Assembly (NCBI GenBank): GCA_902386535.1
Contig: CABMJK010000014.1
Coordinates: 1-57,236, forward strand
DNA: 57,236 nt
Reading direction: 5' to 3'
Source of the DNA: Candidatus Burarchaeum australiense
GTDB lineage: Archaea; Micrarchaeota; Micrarchaeia; Burarchaeales; Burarchaeaceae
How positions within the stretch are numbered: position 1 is the stretch's first letter; every line of letters begins with the position of its first letter. A model generated the notes under the pieces. It was given only the letters and a program-made list of their open reading frames with translations, had not been told where the DNA came from and ran no database searches. Below, piece after piece: positions 18,471 through 26,616 of the stretch. Both the position numbers and the translations under genes were made by a program.

Positions 18471-19493
18471 CTAAACCACGACTTCGCCCGGCTTTACCGC
18501 AGCCAGCACCCGCACGCCCTTGGCATTCAGGTTGCACAGCACGAGCCTGCCCGCCTTCTCGAGCGCAATAGGCTTCTCGCACGCAATTTTCGCCTTGGCA
18601 GTCTCGCCCGGCTTTATCTGGCCCTGGCACTCGAGCTTGCAGGGCTCGAACTGCAGGCCCGCACTCAAATGGTAAGCCCCGGACTCCAGCGGCGCCTTTG
18701 CAAACTTGACTGCCGAAACCTCACACTTGAAAATCTTGGCAGGCTCGACTCCTGCACCCACCCCAACTCCACCCGCGCCCGCAGCCCCACCAGCACTGCA
18801 GAATACTTCGCCCCTGCCAATCTCCTCTGCCTTCGCGCCCTTCAGCGCAATGCCCACCCTTCCCCCTGTCCCGGCCTCTTTGACATCCTGGTCGTTCATC
18901 TGTATGCTGCGCACCTCAATCTCCCTGCCCAGCGGCACGGACCTCAGCTTGTCATGCACATTCACCACGCCGCTCTTCACGATGCCGAGCGCCACCGTCC
19001 CGATGCCCTTCACCTCGAAGCAATGGTCTATCAGCACAACCGCGCCGTCAGCCTCCGCACTCCCGCCGCCCTCAGTACCACTCGCGCCCGCACCGCTCTC
19101 CTGCTCCATCAAATAATCCCTCGCCTCAGGCACGCTTGCAAAAACAGGGCTGCCCTTCAGCCCCGTATTCTCAATCAGCTTCCCAATCATCTCGTTTTCG
19201 CTGACGAAAACAGCCTTCAGCCCGAGCAAATCCAAAGCCACGATGCTCTCGCCCAGGCTCGGCGTAATCTCGTCAGCCAACACGAGCGCATGGTCCGCGA
19301 GATTAAGCGCCTGCATCATGCACGCCAGCTTCTCCGGGTAGGCGGTCGGGTCAACCGCGCTCACAATCTTGCCCTGCACCACCGTGTGATGGAAGGCCAG
19401 GTCATCCGCCGAGCCCTTCTTGCCCAGCATGGCAGCCGCAGCTGCCCTTGCCTCGGGCTTCTCGCCCAGCACCACGATGTTAAGACTTGGCAT
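18471..19493 (-). CDS. Archaeal SelB/EF-1A-like protein with degenerate GTPase domain
   Basis: Domain II motifs IDHCFEVKGIGTVALG, VRSIQMND, RVGIALKG; N terminus LGKKGS without a canonical P-loop. Confidence 0.8.
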   Translation of the reverse strand: MPSLNIVVLGEKPEARAAAAAMLGKKGSADDLAFHHTVVQGKIVSAVDPTAYPEKLACMMQALNLADHALVLADEITPSLGESIVALDLLGLKAVFVSENEMIGKLIENTGLKGSPVFASVPEARDYLMEQESGAGASGTEGGGSAEADGAVVLIDHCFEVKGIGTVALGIVKSGVVNVHDKLRSVPLGREIEVRSIQMNDQDVKEAGTGGRVGIALKGAKAEEIGRGEVFCSAGGAAGAGGVGVGAGVEPAKIFKCEVSAVKFAKAPLESGAYHLSAGLQFEPCKLECQGQIKPGETAKAKIACEKPIALEKAGRLVLCNLNAKGVRVLAAVKPGEVVV

Positions 19494-19698
19494 TTTTCAT
19501 CCCTCTGATTCAGCAGGCTACTTGCTGCACCTAACCAATATAATGTTAACCCGCGGCGGGAAAGGAAGTCACTCGCACCCTACTCTCGGTCGGTTTAAAA
19601 GCCTATCTTCAGACGTTAAGTTATGAACGAACACGCCGCATCGGTCAATACAAATGTTTATAAACTTATACCAATTAACTATCAACTAGTATCAAAAG

Positions 19699-19992
19699 GT
19701 GATTACTTTGGCATCTGCAACCCAAAACTACGAAATGGCGCATGCACCCACGCTGAAGACGATTCTGATGGTGGAGAAGGTGCTGACCAAGATGGACGAA
19801 AGCGTAATTACAATAGCACAGCTCAAGAGGCGTCTGCCCAAGCAGGTGAACCACAACACGCTGATGGTGATACTGGACTACCTGGACAAAAGCAACAAGA
19901 TAGCCTTCGGCCCGCGCGGCATAACCTGGATGTACAACCCCAAGATGGCCAGGTACGTGAAGCGCTACGGCGTGGCCCTGGAAGATTTGTAA
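19699..19992 (+). CDS. Small winged-HTH protein, probable antitoxin/regulator
   Basis: PTLKTILMVE...QLKRRLPKQVNHNTLMVILDYL...KIAFGPRGITW; overlaps the RelE-like gene. Confidence 0.65.
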   Translation: MITLASATQNYEMAHAPTLKTILMVEKVLTKMDESVITIAQLKRRLPKQVNHNTLMVILDYLDKSNKIAFGPRGITWMYNPKMARYVKRYGVALEDL

Positions 19993-20330
19993 CCGTTCGT
20001 CTCTCTCCGGAAGCAACCGAAGCCTACAGGCACCTGAAAGAGCGCGCAGTCGTTTCCAAGATGGAACGGGCAATCCTGAAATCTGTAGACTACAAATGCG
20101 AACTCTTGAAGGTCAACTTTCATTACGGCAAGCCCATCGGCAAGGCCAAGATACCTGCCTCATATGTGCTGAAGAGCAATGCCACCAACCTCTTCCACGT
20201 GGAGCTCGCAAACCGCTGGCGCATGCAGTATTCAACTTTTGAGGGCGACATGGGTGAAGTGATAGTCTATATACAGGATATTTCCTCACATCCTGATTAT
20301 GACAAGAAGTTCAAATACCGCAGCAGATAA
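19975..20330 (+). CDS. RelE/ParE-superfamily toxin-like protein, start codon unclear
   Basis: VRLSPEA...YGKPI...NLFHVELANRWRMQY...IQDISSHPDY pattern in the 3' half of ORF 19623..20330. Confidence 0.6.
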
Positions 20331-20379
20331 GCCCGCCCCCCTAAAACCTTTATATCTCTCACCCCTCCTAACTCACTCC

Positions 20380-21354
20380 ATGTTCAACAAAAGGCGCGAT
20401 TTCCTTGCAGACGCACGGGCGGGCATAAAGGAGGCCCACGCCTCGCGCGACATGCTGCTCTCGCACACCGTGAAGGCAATCTTCGAGGTGAACAGGGCGG
20501 CCAACCTGCTCTACGAGACGCTTACCGAATGGTACGGCCTCTACTTCCCGGAGCTCCGCGTCTCCGAGCCGGCCACGTTTGCCAAGCTGGTGCAGCTCAT
20601 CAACCGCGAGGACCTCAAGGCTTCCGACCTCTCGCCCCTGGTGGGCGACCAGAAGGCGCGGGAGCTGGAGGGCAAGGCGCGCACCTCGATGGGCGCGGCC
20701 CTCAAGACCGCGGACCTGGCCGAGCTCACCAAGCTGGCCCGCAAGCTCGAGGAGCTCTACGTCTACCGCGCCTCGCTGGAGGAATACCAGGCCGCGCTGG
20801 CCAATGAAATAGCCCCCAACCTCTCGCTTTTAGCAGGCCCGGAACTTGCAGCCAATCTGATAGCCCGTGCCGGCTCCCTGCGCAAGCTCGCGTTCATGCC
20901 CGCCTCCACTATTCAGGTTCTCGGAGCTGAGAAGGCGCTCTTCAAGCACCTGAAGAAGCACACCAAGCCGCCCAAGCACGGCCTGATTTTCCAGCACGTC
21001 TCCATCTCGATGGCCCCCATAAAGCAGCGCGGCAGGATTGCCCGTGCGCTCTCAACCAAGCTGGCCATCTGCTCCAAGGCCGATGCCTTCACAAGAAACC
21101 CGATTGGCGCGAAGCTGAAGGAAGAGTTCGATGCGAGGCTGAAGGCCATTCAGAATGCGCCGGTGAGGCCTCCCTCTTTCTGCCCGAAGCAGAAAGGGGC
21201 GCCTTTCCCTGCGGGGAAAGTGCCGTCCTCTTCTCCATCCGCTCCAACCACAACCTCAAGGCCCGCGGGCCCGAGCGGTTCGTATGGAAAGCCCGGGCCG
21301 TCTGGAACGCCGGGAAAGCCGGGGTTTTCGGGAAGGGGTGAGAGGAGAGGGTGA
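20380..21354 (+). CDS. nop5: Box C/D RNP protein Nop5 (Nop56/58), short N terminus
   Basis: EWYGLYFPEL, IAPNLS, PASTIQVLGAEKALF, PPKHGLIFQH, RGRIARAL. Confidence 0.95.
   Translation: MFNKRRDFLADARAGIKEAHASRDMLLSHTVKAIFEVNRAANLLYETLTEWYGLYFPELRVSEPATFAKLVQLINREDLKASDLSPLVGDQKARELEGKARTSMGAALKTADLAELTKLARKLEELYVYRASLEEYQAALANEIAPNLSLLAGPELAANLIARAGSLRKLAFMPASTIQVLGAEKALFKHLKKHTKPPKHGLIFQHVSISMAPIKQRGRIARALSTKLAICSKADAFTRNPIGAKLKEEFDARLKAIQNAPVRPPSFCPKQKGAPFPAGKVPSSSPSAPTTTSRPAGPSGSYGKPGPSGTPGKPGFSGRGERRG
21172..21222. repeat. Family A double-hairpin element, in frame in the nop5 C-terminal tail
   Basis: CCCT-CTTTCTGC-CCGAA-GCAGAAAG-GGGCGC-CTTTCCC-TGCG-GGGAAAG-TG. Confidence 0.82.
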
Positions 21355-21376
21355 AAAGACGAGACGAGGTTGACGA

Positions 21377-21856
21377 ATGCCCACCTATACTTCAAAGGGC
21401 CATTTCGATTGGAACACTTCTGAAATAGCTAAGGCACTAAAGATAAAGGAAGCGGACGTCAAAGAATATTTTACTGATGGACGTCGGGTTTCATTCTTAT
21501 TGGAAAGACGGCTTGCATACGAAATTTTGAAAGGTTCAGTTGCCCTCAGTGAAGGTGCTGGGTTTGATATTTTGGATCCACAAGGAGGTAAATGGGAAGC
21601 AAGAAGCATCAGTAAAGATGGCGTGTATTTCTGTCCAAGCTATATGGTGGGTTCTGGGCGTCACTTCAATAAATCTGGCTTTCTGAGAAAACTTCACGAA
21701 ATTAAAGGATATGCTCTCTCAGATATCACTTCTTTTCCTTTAGTTCCATTTTGGTTCGTTACTACCTCACAAGTTCTTGCATGGTGGAAGGCACGTAAAC
21801 TAGGTTCTACTTCTAAAATATCCAGAGAAAAAGCCTTAGCACTCCTAAGTGAATAG
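21377..21856 (+). CDS. Type II restriction endonuclease, RsaI-like (GTAC) by recalled similarity
   Basis: FTDGRRVSFLLERRL, SEGAGFD, WEARSI, GVYFCPS..VGSGR match my recollection of R.RsaI; convergent with a methyltransferase. Needs a database check. Confidence 0.65.
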   Translation: MPTYTSKGHFDWNTSEIAKALKIKEADVKEYFTDGRRVSFLLERRLAYEILKGSVALSEGAGFDILDPQGGKWEARSISKDGVYFCPSYMVGSGRHFNKSGFLRKLHEIKGYALSDITSFPLVPFWFVTTSQVLAWWKARKLGSTSKISREKALALLSE

Positions 21857-21859
21857 AAT

Positions 21860-22744
21860 TTATCCCTCTATTTCTATAGCTGTTTCTAGTGGCTGGAGCT
21901 TCATCTGATGTTTCTGACTTCTTATTCTTTCTTCAGCAATTCGAACGTAACTCTCATCAATATCCGTTCCAATATATTTTACTCCCAGTTCTGTACATGC
22001 AAGTGCCGTTGTTCCTATTCCTATAAATGGGTCGTACACGACAAGATCTTTTCTAACGCCGTGCAATTTTATGCACATGTAGGGCAATTTTTCTGGGAAC
22101 GTAGCTGGATGTGGCCTGCTCTCTTGTATTGTTTCATAAGGGATAAACCATATGTCGCCCCTGTCTCGCACATCCTTCTTTATACCCCATCTTTCTATGT
22201 TAGTTTTGTCTTGATATGGAACGCCCACAGATAACTTGTCTAGCTCGGTTTCTCCGCTCTTTGTGAAGTGGAAAATATTCTCATGACAGTTGTTCAGAAA
22301 GCGCCGGCTCTGAATTGGCTTATAGTGGCCTACCATTACATCGTTTTTCAACCCATTGCTTTTGCCTACATCATCCTTTGTAATGGCTATTGACTTTACC
22401 CAAATTATGTCGTTTTGCAATATATAGTGCTTCCTGAACCTATTTTCAACATCGTATGGAATCGCCAAATCCGAAGGTTTACCGCCTACATTGAGGAAGA
22501 ATGAACCATCTTTTTTCAAAACTCGCTTGCTTTCTATTGCAACCTGTTCCATCCAGGTCAGGTATTCTAGTCTTGTTTTATCGTCTTTATAGACGCTATA
22601 ATCTTTGCCAATATTGTACGGTGGAGACGTTACTATAATATCTATGGACTCGGCAGGCAATTCTTTCATAAACTGAACGCAGTCTTTCACGTAAAGCTTG
22701 TTCAGAAATTTGTCGTTTAACACTTTTCTACGCCCCATTGTCAT
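21860..22744 (-). CDS. Amino DNA methyltransferase, beta class (probably N4-cytosine)
   Basis: TSPPYN catalytic motif precedes HPATFP and the SAM motif DPFIGIGTT. Confidence 0.93.
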   Translation of the reverse strand: MTMGRRKVLNDKFLNKLYVKDCVQFMKELPAESIDIIVTSPPYNIGKDYSVYKDDKTRLEYLTWMEQVAIESKRVLKKDGSFFLNVGGKPSDLAIPYDVENRFRKHYILQNDIIWVKSIAITKDDVGKSNGLKNDVMVGHYKPIQSRRFLNNCHENIFHFTKSGETELDKLSVGVPYQDKTNIERWGIKKDVRDRGDIWFIPYETIQESRPHPATFPEKLPYMCIKLHGVRKDLVVYDPFIGIGTTALACTELGVKYIGTDIDESYVRIAEERIRSQKHQMKLQPLETAIEIEG

Positions 22745-22817
22745 CTATCCTCTATAGCTGAAGTATTTAAAAGTCTCCTAGGGTGGGGCGCGAGTGACTT
22801 TGCAATAAATTTACGCC

Positions 22818-23537
22818 CTATTCAGAAACTCGCTCCTCTAATCGTTTTATCATATCGAATATGTTCTGAAGTTGCATATCTTCCAGTTCTTTTCTATTTT
22901 TTACAATATGATAAAGTGAATGCGTCTTATCATTTGCATCATCTTTAAATTTATTTGTAACTGTAACTATCCTTTCAACCAATTTTCGTTCTGGCCCGAA
23001 GTCGGCAGTCCGTTTGTTAAACACTTCGAGTATTTCTGAAAAATCCCTATGTCTCCCCCGATTCTTATCAAAATATAGCTGAATACCTCTGTCCTTTTCT
23101 GTTCGATATTTTACTCTTAGAATTTCTATTAGGGCATTTTCGATTACTTTTCTACACAAAACTAGTGCTGCAGTACAGCAATTGTGCGTATAAGCGCGAT
23201 TTATTTCCTCTACGTGTGCTTTTACAAATGGATCCTCGCTGGGATATCTTATAAACTCTGTAATTTTTACAGTCGTTCTCCTCCCACGCGCTTTCTGTTT
23301 AATTATCACTTTTTCCTCTTGTAATTCGAAAGTTGACGGTAAACTTGTCCTATCCTCTTTATCGAGCATTCTTAAAACACTAAGTCCTTTGCTACGTGCA
23401 TAAATCTGTCCTACTGCATTTTTGGTACAATGTGGATGATTTTTTACGAGTAAATATATGTTCGTTCTAACCGTATTTTCTCCAATATCTAATTTTCTTG
23501 AGAGATATTTCACTATTTTGTCATCTAATTTTTTCAT
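22818..23537 (-). CDS. Protein with N-terminal HTH-like region and C-terminal DUF4145/HEPN-like domain
   Basis: LSRKLDIGENTVRTNIY; AALVLCRKVIEN; KDDANDKTH resembling the R-x3-N-x3-H HEPN motif with K in place of R. Confidence 0.55.
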   Translation of the reverse strand: MKKLDDKIVKYLSRKLDIGENTVRTNIYLLVKNHPHCTKNAVGQIYARSKGLSVLRMLDKEDRTSLPSTFELQEEKVIIKQKARGRRTTVKITEFIRYPSEDPFVKAHVEEINRAYTHNCCTAALVLCRKVIENALIEILRVKYRTEKDRGIQLYFDKNRGRHRDFSEILEVFNKRTADFGPERKLVERIVTVTNKFKDDANDKTHSLYHIVKNRKELEDMQLQNIFDMIKRLEERVSE

Positions 23538-23548
23538 TTATATGACCT

Positions 23549-23749
23549 TCATTTTTTCTTTAGCCCTTTTATGGGGAGTATAGAATATATCCTGCTCCTT
23601 TTCATTCCGATGATATCCGAAAATATTTCTGGTTTTGCACCTTCCTGTATTAGGCGACATAATAGTAGTCTATTCGTAATCCGTAATTCTTTTAGAAGAG
23701 TTCCTACTGGGTCCTCAGTTCCTTTTCCTATTTCAGTTGTTTTCGCCAT
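23549..23749 (-). CDS. Small HTH protein 4 (most divergent paralogue)
   Basis: 66 aa; GAKPEIFSDIIGMKRSRIYS. Confidence 0.65.
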   Translation of the reverse strand: MAKTTEIGKGTEDPVGTLLKELRITNRLLLCRLIQEGAKPEIFSDIIGMKRSRIYSILPIKGLKKK

Positions 23750-23977
23750 CTACCCACCTCTTTTTTTATTCTTGAGCGTCTTCTTTCTACACAAATATGA
23801 TGTTATACTATTCACTGGTTTACCAAGCAAACGAGCTATCTCTGCAGGCCTAAACCCAATGTTGCTCAGGGCATGAGTCGCTTGCATCGTATTCATTTCT
23901 CTTACTTGTTGCATAGCTAGAAGTTTCAGTATGGAATCTAATTTCTCCGTTATTTCGTGAAACTGCTTTTCTTCCAT
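23750..23977 (-). CDS. Small HTH protein 3
   Basis: 75 aa; EKLDSILKLL and GFRPAEIARLLGKPVNSITS. Confidence 0.8.
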   Translation of the reverse strand: MEEKQFHEITEKLDSILKLLAMQQVREMNTMQATHALSNIGFRPAEIARLLGKPVNSITSYLCRKKTLKNKKRGG

Positions 23978-24190
23978 TCAATCACCTTTTTGTTTATTCT
24001 TTAATTTCGTCATAATAACGCTGATATGATTAGGTGTCTTTCCTAATATGGCTGCCATATCTCTTGGTTTTAAACCAACTGAAGATAAAATTACAACTTG
24101 CTCTCTGAGTGTTTTCTCTTTGACTACGTTTGCCGCCGTCAATCTGATCAATATATCTAACTTTTCAAGCATTTCAGAATCCAGGCTCAT
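23978..24190 (-). CDS. Small HTH protein 2
   Basis: 70 aa; EKLDILIRL and GLKPRDMAAILGKTPNHIS. Confidence 0.8.
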   Translation of the reverse strand: MSLDSEMLEKLDILIRLTAANVVKEKTLREQVVILSSVGLKPRDMAAILGKTPNHISVIMTKLKNKQKGD

Positions 24191-24427
24191 TCACTCACCC
24201 CCCTTTCTTATATTGTGCAGCTCACTAGCGATATATCCTCTACTTTTTCCTAGGATCTTAGCTATCTCAGCATCGCGAAGCCCAACTTTATTCAGGGCGG
24301 ATATTATCTCACGAGTTGTCACGTCTTCTCGTGCCTGCTCTTGTCTTACAAGCAAACACAAGATGGCATCAAGCCTAGTTAGTATCGCTTCACTGTCTTT
24401 ATCATTATTATCCATAATTACTCCCAA
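24191..24427 (-). CDS. Small HTH protein 1
   Basis: TRLDAILCLL and GLRDAEIAKILGKSRGYIAS; TATA-like ATTTAAATA upstream near 24450. Confidence 0.8.
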   Translation of the reverse strand: MGVIMDNNDKDSEAILTRLDAILCLLVRQEQAREDVTTREIISALNKVGLRDAEIAKILGKSRGYIASELHNIRKGGE

Positions 24428-24613
24428 GAATCTTTCAACGAGAAGATATTTAAATCTATTGTAAGGTTTTTTGTTATTTTTCTAACTCTTACCTCGCTCA
24501 AAATCTTATCTCAAACCAAGTATTATCATCTAATTTGGCTGCTTCTCAAGACGACCTCTCCAAACCTCCTTAACACAACATCTGCCTTCCACTCCCGCCC
24601 CATACCTCGCCCC

Positions 24614-25423
24614 CTAATTCCCCTGCATCGTCCCATTCCCCGTTCCAACCATCCAATCACTCTCGTTCAGCCAATCCGCATCCACCGTCTTCGCAAAATG
24701 CACTTCCACGACCCCTTCGCGCTCGAGCTTCTGGAGCTCGGGATACTCGTAGGTGTAGAATATGCGGTCGGGCTTCGCGCCCTGCACAAAGCACCAGACT
24801 TCAACCTTCTTCCCCGTCGCCTTCTTTATCAGCTCGGCCATGTCGGCATAGCGCACGGAATAGACGCCCCAGATGGCATCTGCCTGCGCAAAGGTGACCG
24901 GGTGGGGGTCGACATAGGAAACCCCGTAAATCACGGCACCTCCGGGCGAGGCCCTTTCGTACCAGTGCTCCCTCGCGTTCATCTCGACATAGGCGGGATA
25001 TTGCAGGGAAGACTGCGCGCCCTCGTCCCATATTGCCCTCTGCGCGAAGTTGCTGAAGGAAGCGTAGGAATTGACGGAGTCCAGCAGCCTGACAAGGCTC
25101 CCGTGGTTGCCTGCGCCCGACCAGAAGCCCATGTGCACCTGCGTGCCCGACTGGTTGAGCAGGGGCTCAAAGGCAACCGCCTGGGCGAAGAGCACGTCTG
25201 TGAAGTTAGAAGAGGAAAGCTCGGCCAGCTTTACGGCCGGGTCCGTGAAGCGCGGCCCGGTTTCCTGCGCAGCACAGGTGGGACAAGCAGGCGGCGGAAG
25301 CAGGGCATAAACGAGCAGGAGCGCAACTGCCAATAAGAAAAGAACCTGACCAATCTTCTTCAGGGTTTTGGCTTCCATTGCCTTCCTATTTGATGTAAAC
25401 CTTTTTATACCTCCCAAATCCAT
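24614..25423 (-). CDS. Hypothetical membrane-anchored extracellular protein
   Basis: N-terminal TM helix, CPTC, soluble domain of unknown family. Confidence 0.65.
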   Translation of the reverse strand: MDLGGIKRFTSNRKAMEAKTLKKIGQVLFLLAVALLLVYALLPPPACPTCAAQETGPRFTDPAVKLAELSSSNFTDVLFAQAVAFEPLLNQSGTQVHMGFWSGAGNHGSLVRLLDSVNSYASFSNFAQRAIWDEGAQSSLQYPAYVEMNAREHWYERASPGGAVIYGVSYVDPHPVTFAQADAIWGVYSVRYADMAELIKKATGKKVEVWCFVQGAKPDRIFYTYEYPELQKLEREGVVEVHFAKTVDADWLNESDWMVGTGNGTMQGN

Positions 25424-25431
25424 CTAAATCC

Positions 25432-25659
25432 ATGAAGTCTTTGGGCCTTACAGCCGTAATCTGGAAGGAAGGAAAGCACTATGTCTCGCTCTGTCCTCAG
25501 ATCGACGTTTCGAGCTTCGGCTTAACCAAGGCCGAGGCGATGGAGAACCTGAAAGAAGCAGCCTCCCTCTATCTTGAGGCCGCCAAGCAGCTCAAGCTGC
25601 CGCTGCCTGCCAAGGCATCTTATAAGAAACTAGTTCTGCCTCTGAAACTGGCTCAATAG
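25432..25659 (+). CDS. hicB: HicB-family antitoxin
   Basis: AVIWKEGKHYVSLCPQIDVSSFGLTKAEAMENLKEA. Confidence 0.9.
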   Translation: MKSLGLTAVIWKEGKHYVSLCPQIDVSSFGLTKAEAMENLKEAASLYLEAAKQLKLPLPAKASYKKLVLPLKLAQ

Positions 25660-25669
25660 GGGCGGTCCA

Positions 25670-25905
25670 ATGCCGGGCCTGCGGAACATAACTTCGAAGC
25701 AAATAGCCGCTTTCCTCAAATCAAAAAATTTCTCCGAGTTCAGGCAGAAGGGCAGCACCTGATATTCGTTTCCGCTGACAGGAAGCGCCTTGCAGTCGTG
25801 CCCATGCACGGAGTCAATGGCGTGCCAATCGGCACTATTCTTTCAATTCTTCGCTCAGCTTGCCTATCAAGAAAGGAGCTCGAGGAATTTTTGGGAAGAA
25901 AATAG
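25670..25905 (+). pseudogene. hicA: HicA toxin with a one-base frameshift at the GSH motif (~25756)
   Basis: MPGLRNITSKQIAAFLKSKNFSEFRQKGS, then in another frame HLIFVSADRKRLAVVPMHGVNGVPIGTILSILRSACLSRKELEEFL. AGC(C)AC lacks one C. Confidence 0.85.
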
Positions 25906-26106
25906 GCTCTTTGTGCCATAGCCTCCTCCTTGGCACTTTCCTTCCCTAAAACTTGAGGCGCCGGGCCTTCTTGCCTTCCATTTTCTGGTATTTGGTCCTG
26001 AATTTTGACTTTACCATGCACATCACCCACCGCATCCCTATTCCCTGCCAAACTTATTAAGTAGCTAACGGCTTGCTTCTTTTCGACGTCGTCACTTCCT
26101 GACCTT

Positions 26107-26616
26107 TCACTTTCTTCCGAGCTTCAGGCCAATGAGCAGCAGGAGCGCCAGCAGCACCAGTGCGCCGATGATTTCCACCGCGCCGAAGGAGAATTGGGCT
26201 GAAGGGGCGGGTGCGGGCTGCGGGGCTTGGGGCCGCACTGCAGGCTGGGACTTCTTCGCAGTCGCATTCACCACCGCGCCCTGCTCATCAACAGTCTTCC
26301 AACTGCCTTCTGCAGTGAAGTTGCCCTGCGTATTCGTGAAAGAGTAGGTTATCTTGCCGGCTGCAAGCGCCTGGTCAAAGAGCAGCCAGGTGTATTCATT
26401 GCCTGACTGCTTGCTGGGTGCGGGCACGCCCCAGGAAAAGACTGCGCCTTCGGGAAAAATCTCGGTCACTATGATGCCCGTGACGTTGGACGAGGCTTGA
26501 ATCGTGAGCATGGCCGAGGCAGATGAGCCCGACACCACGAGTTCGCGCTCGACCGACGTGGCGAGAGTTAGGGAAGCGAGAAGCACGAGCAATCCAACGA
26601 TTTTCATTCCAGTCAT
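26107..26616 (-). CDS. Surface protein with signal peptide, Pro-rich linker and C-terminal TM anchor
   Basis: N-terminal signal, beta-rich domain, PQAPQPAPAP, terminal hydrophobic helix followed by KLGRK. Confidence 0.75.
   Translation of the reverse strand: MTGMKIVGLLVLLASLTLATSVERELVVSGSSASAMLTIQASSNVTGIIVTEIFPEGAVFSWGVPAPSKQSGNEYTWLLFDQALAAGKITYSFTNTQGNFTAEGSWKTVDEQGAVVNATAKKSQPAVRPQAPQPAPAPSAQFSFGAVEIIGALVLLALLLLIGLKLGRK

Noticed and set aside
18740..19110. Gly/Ala-rich linkers in the SelB-like protein as palindromic insertions
   Set aside because: No inverted-repeat structure at the DNA level; ordinary low-complexity linkers.
25740..26051. 103-aa minus-strand ORF
   Set aside because: Antisense to the frameshifted hicA, which explains the region better.
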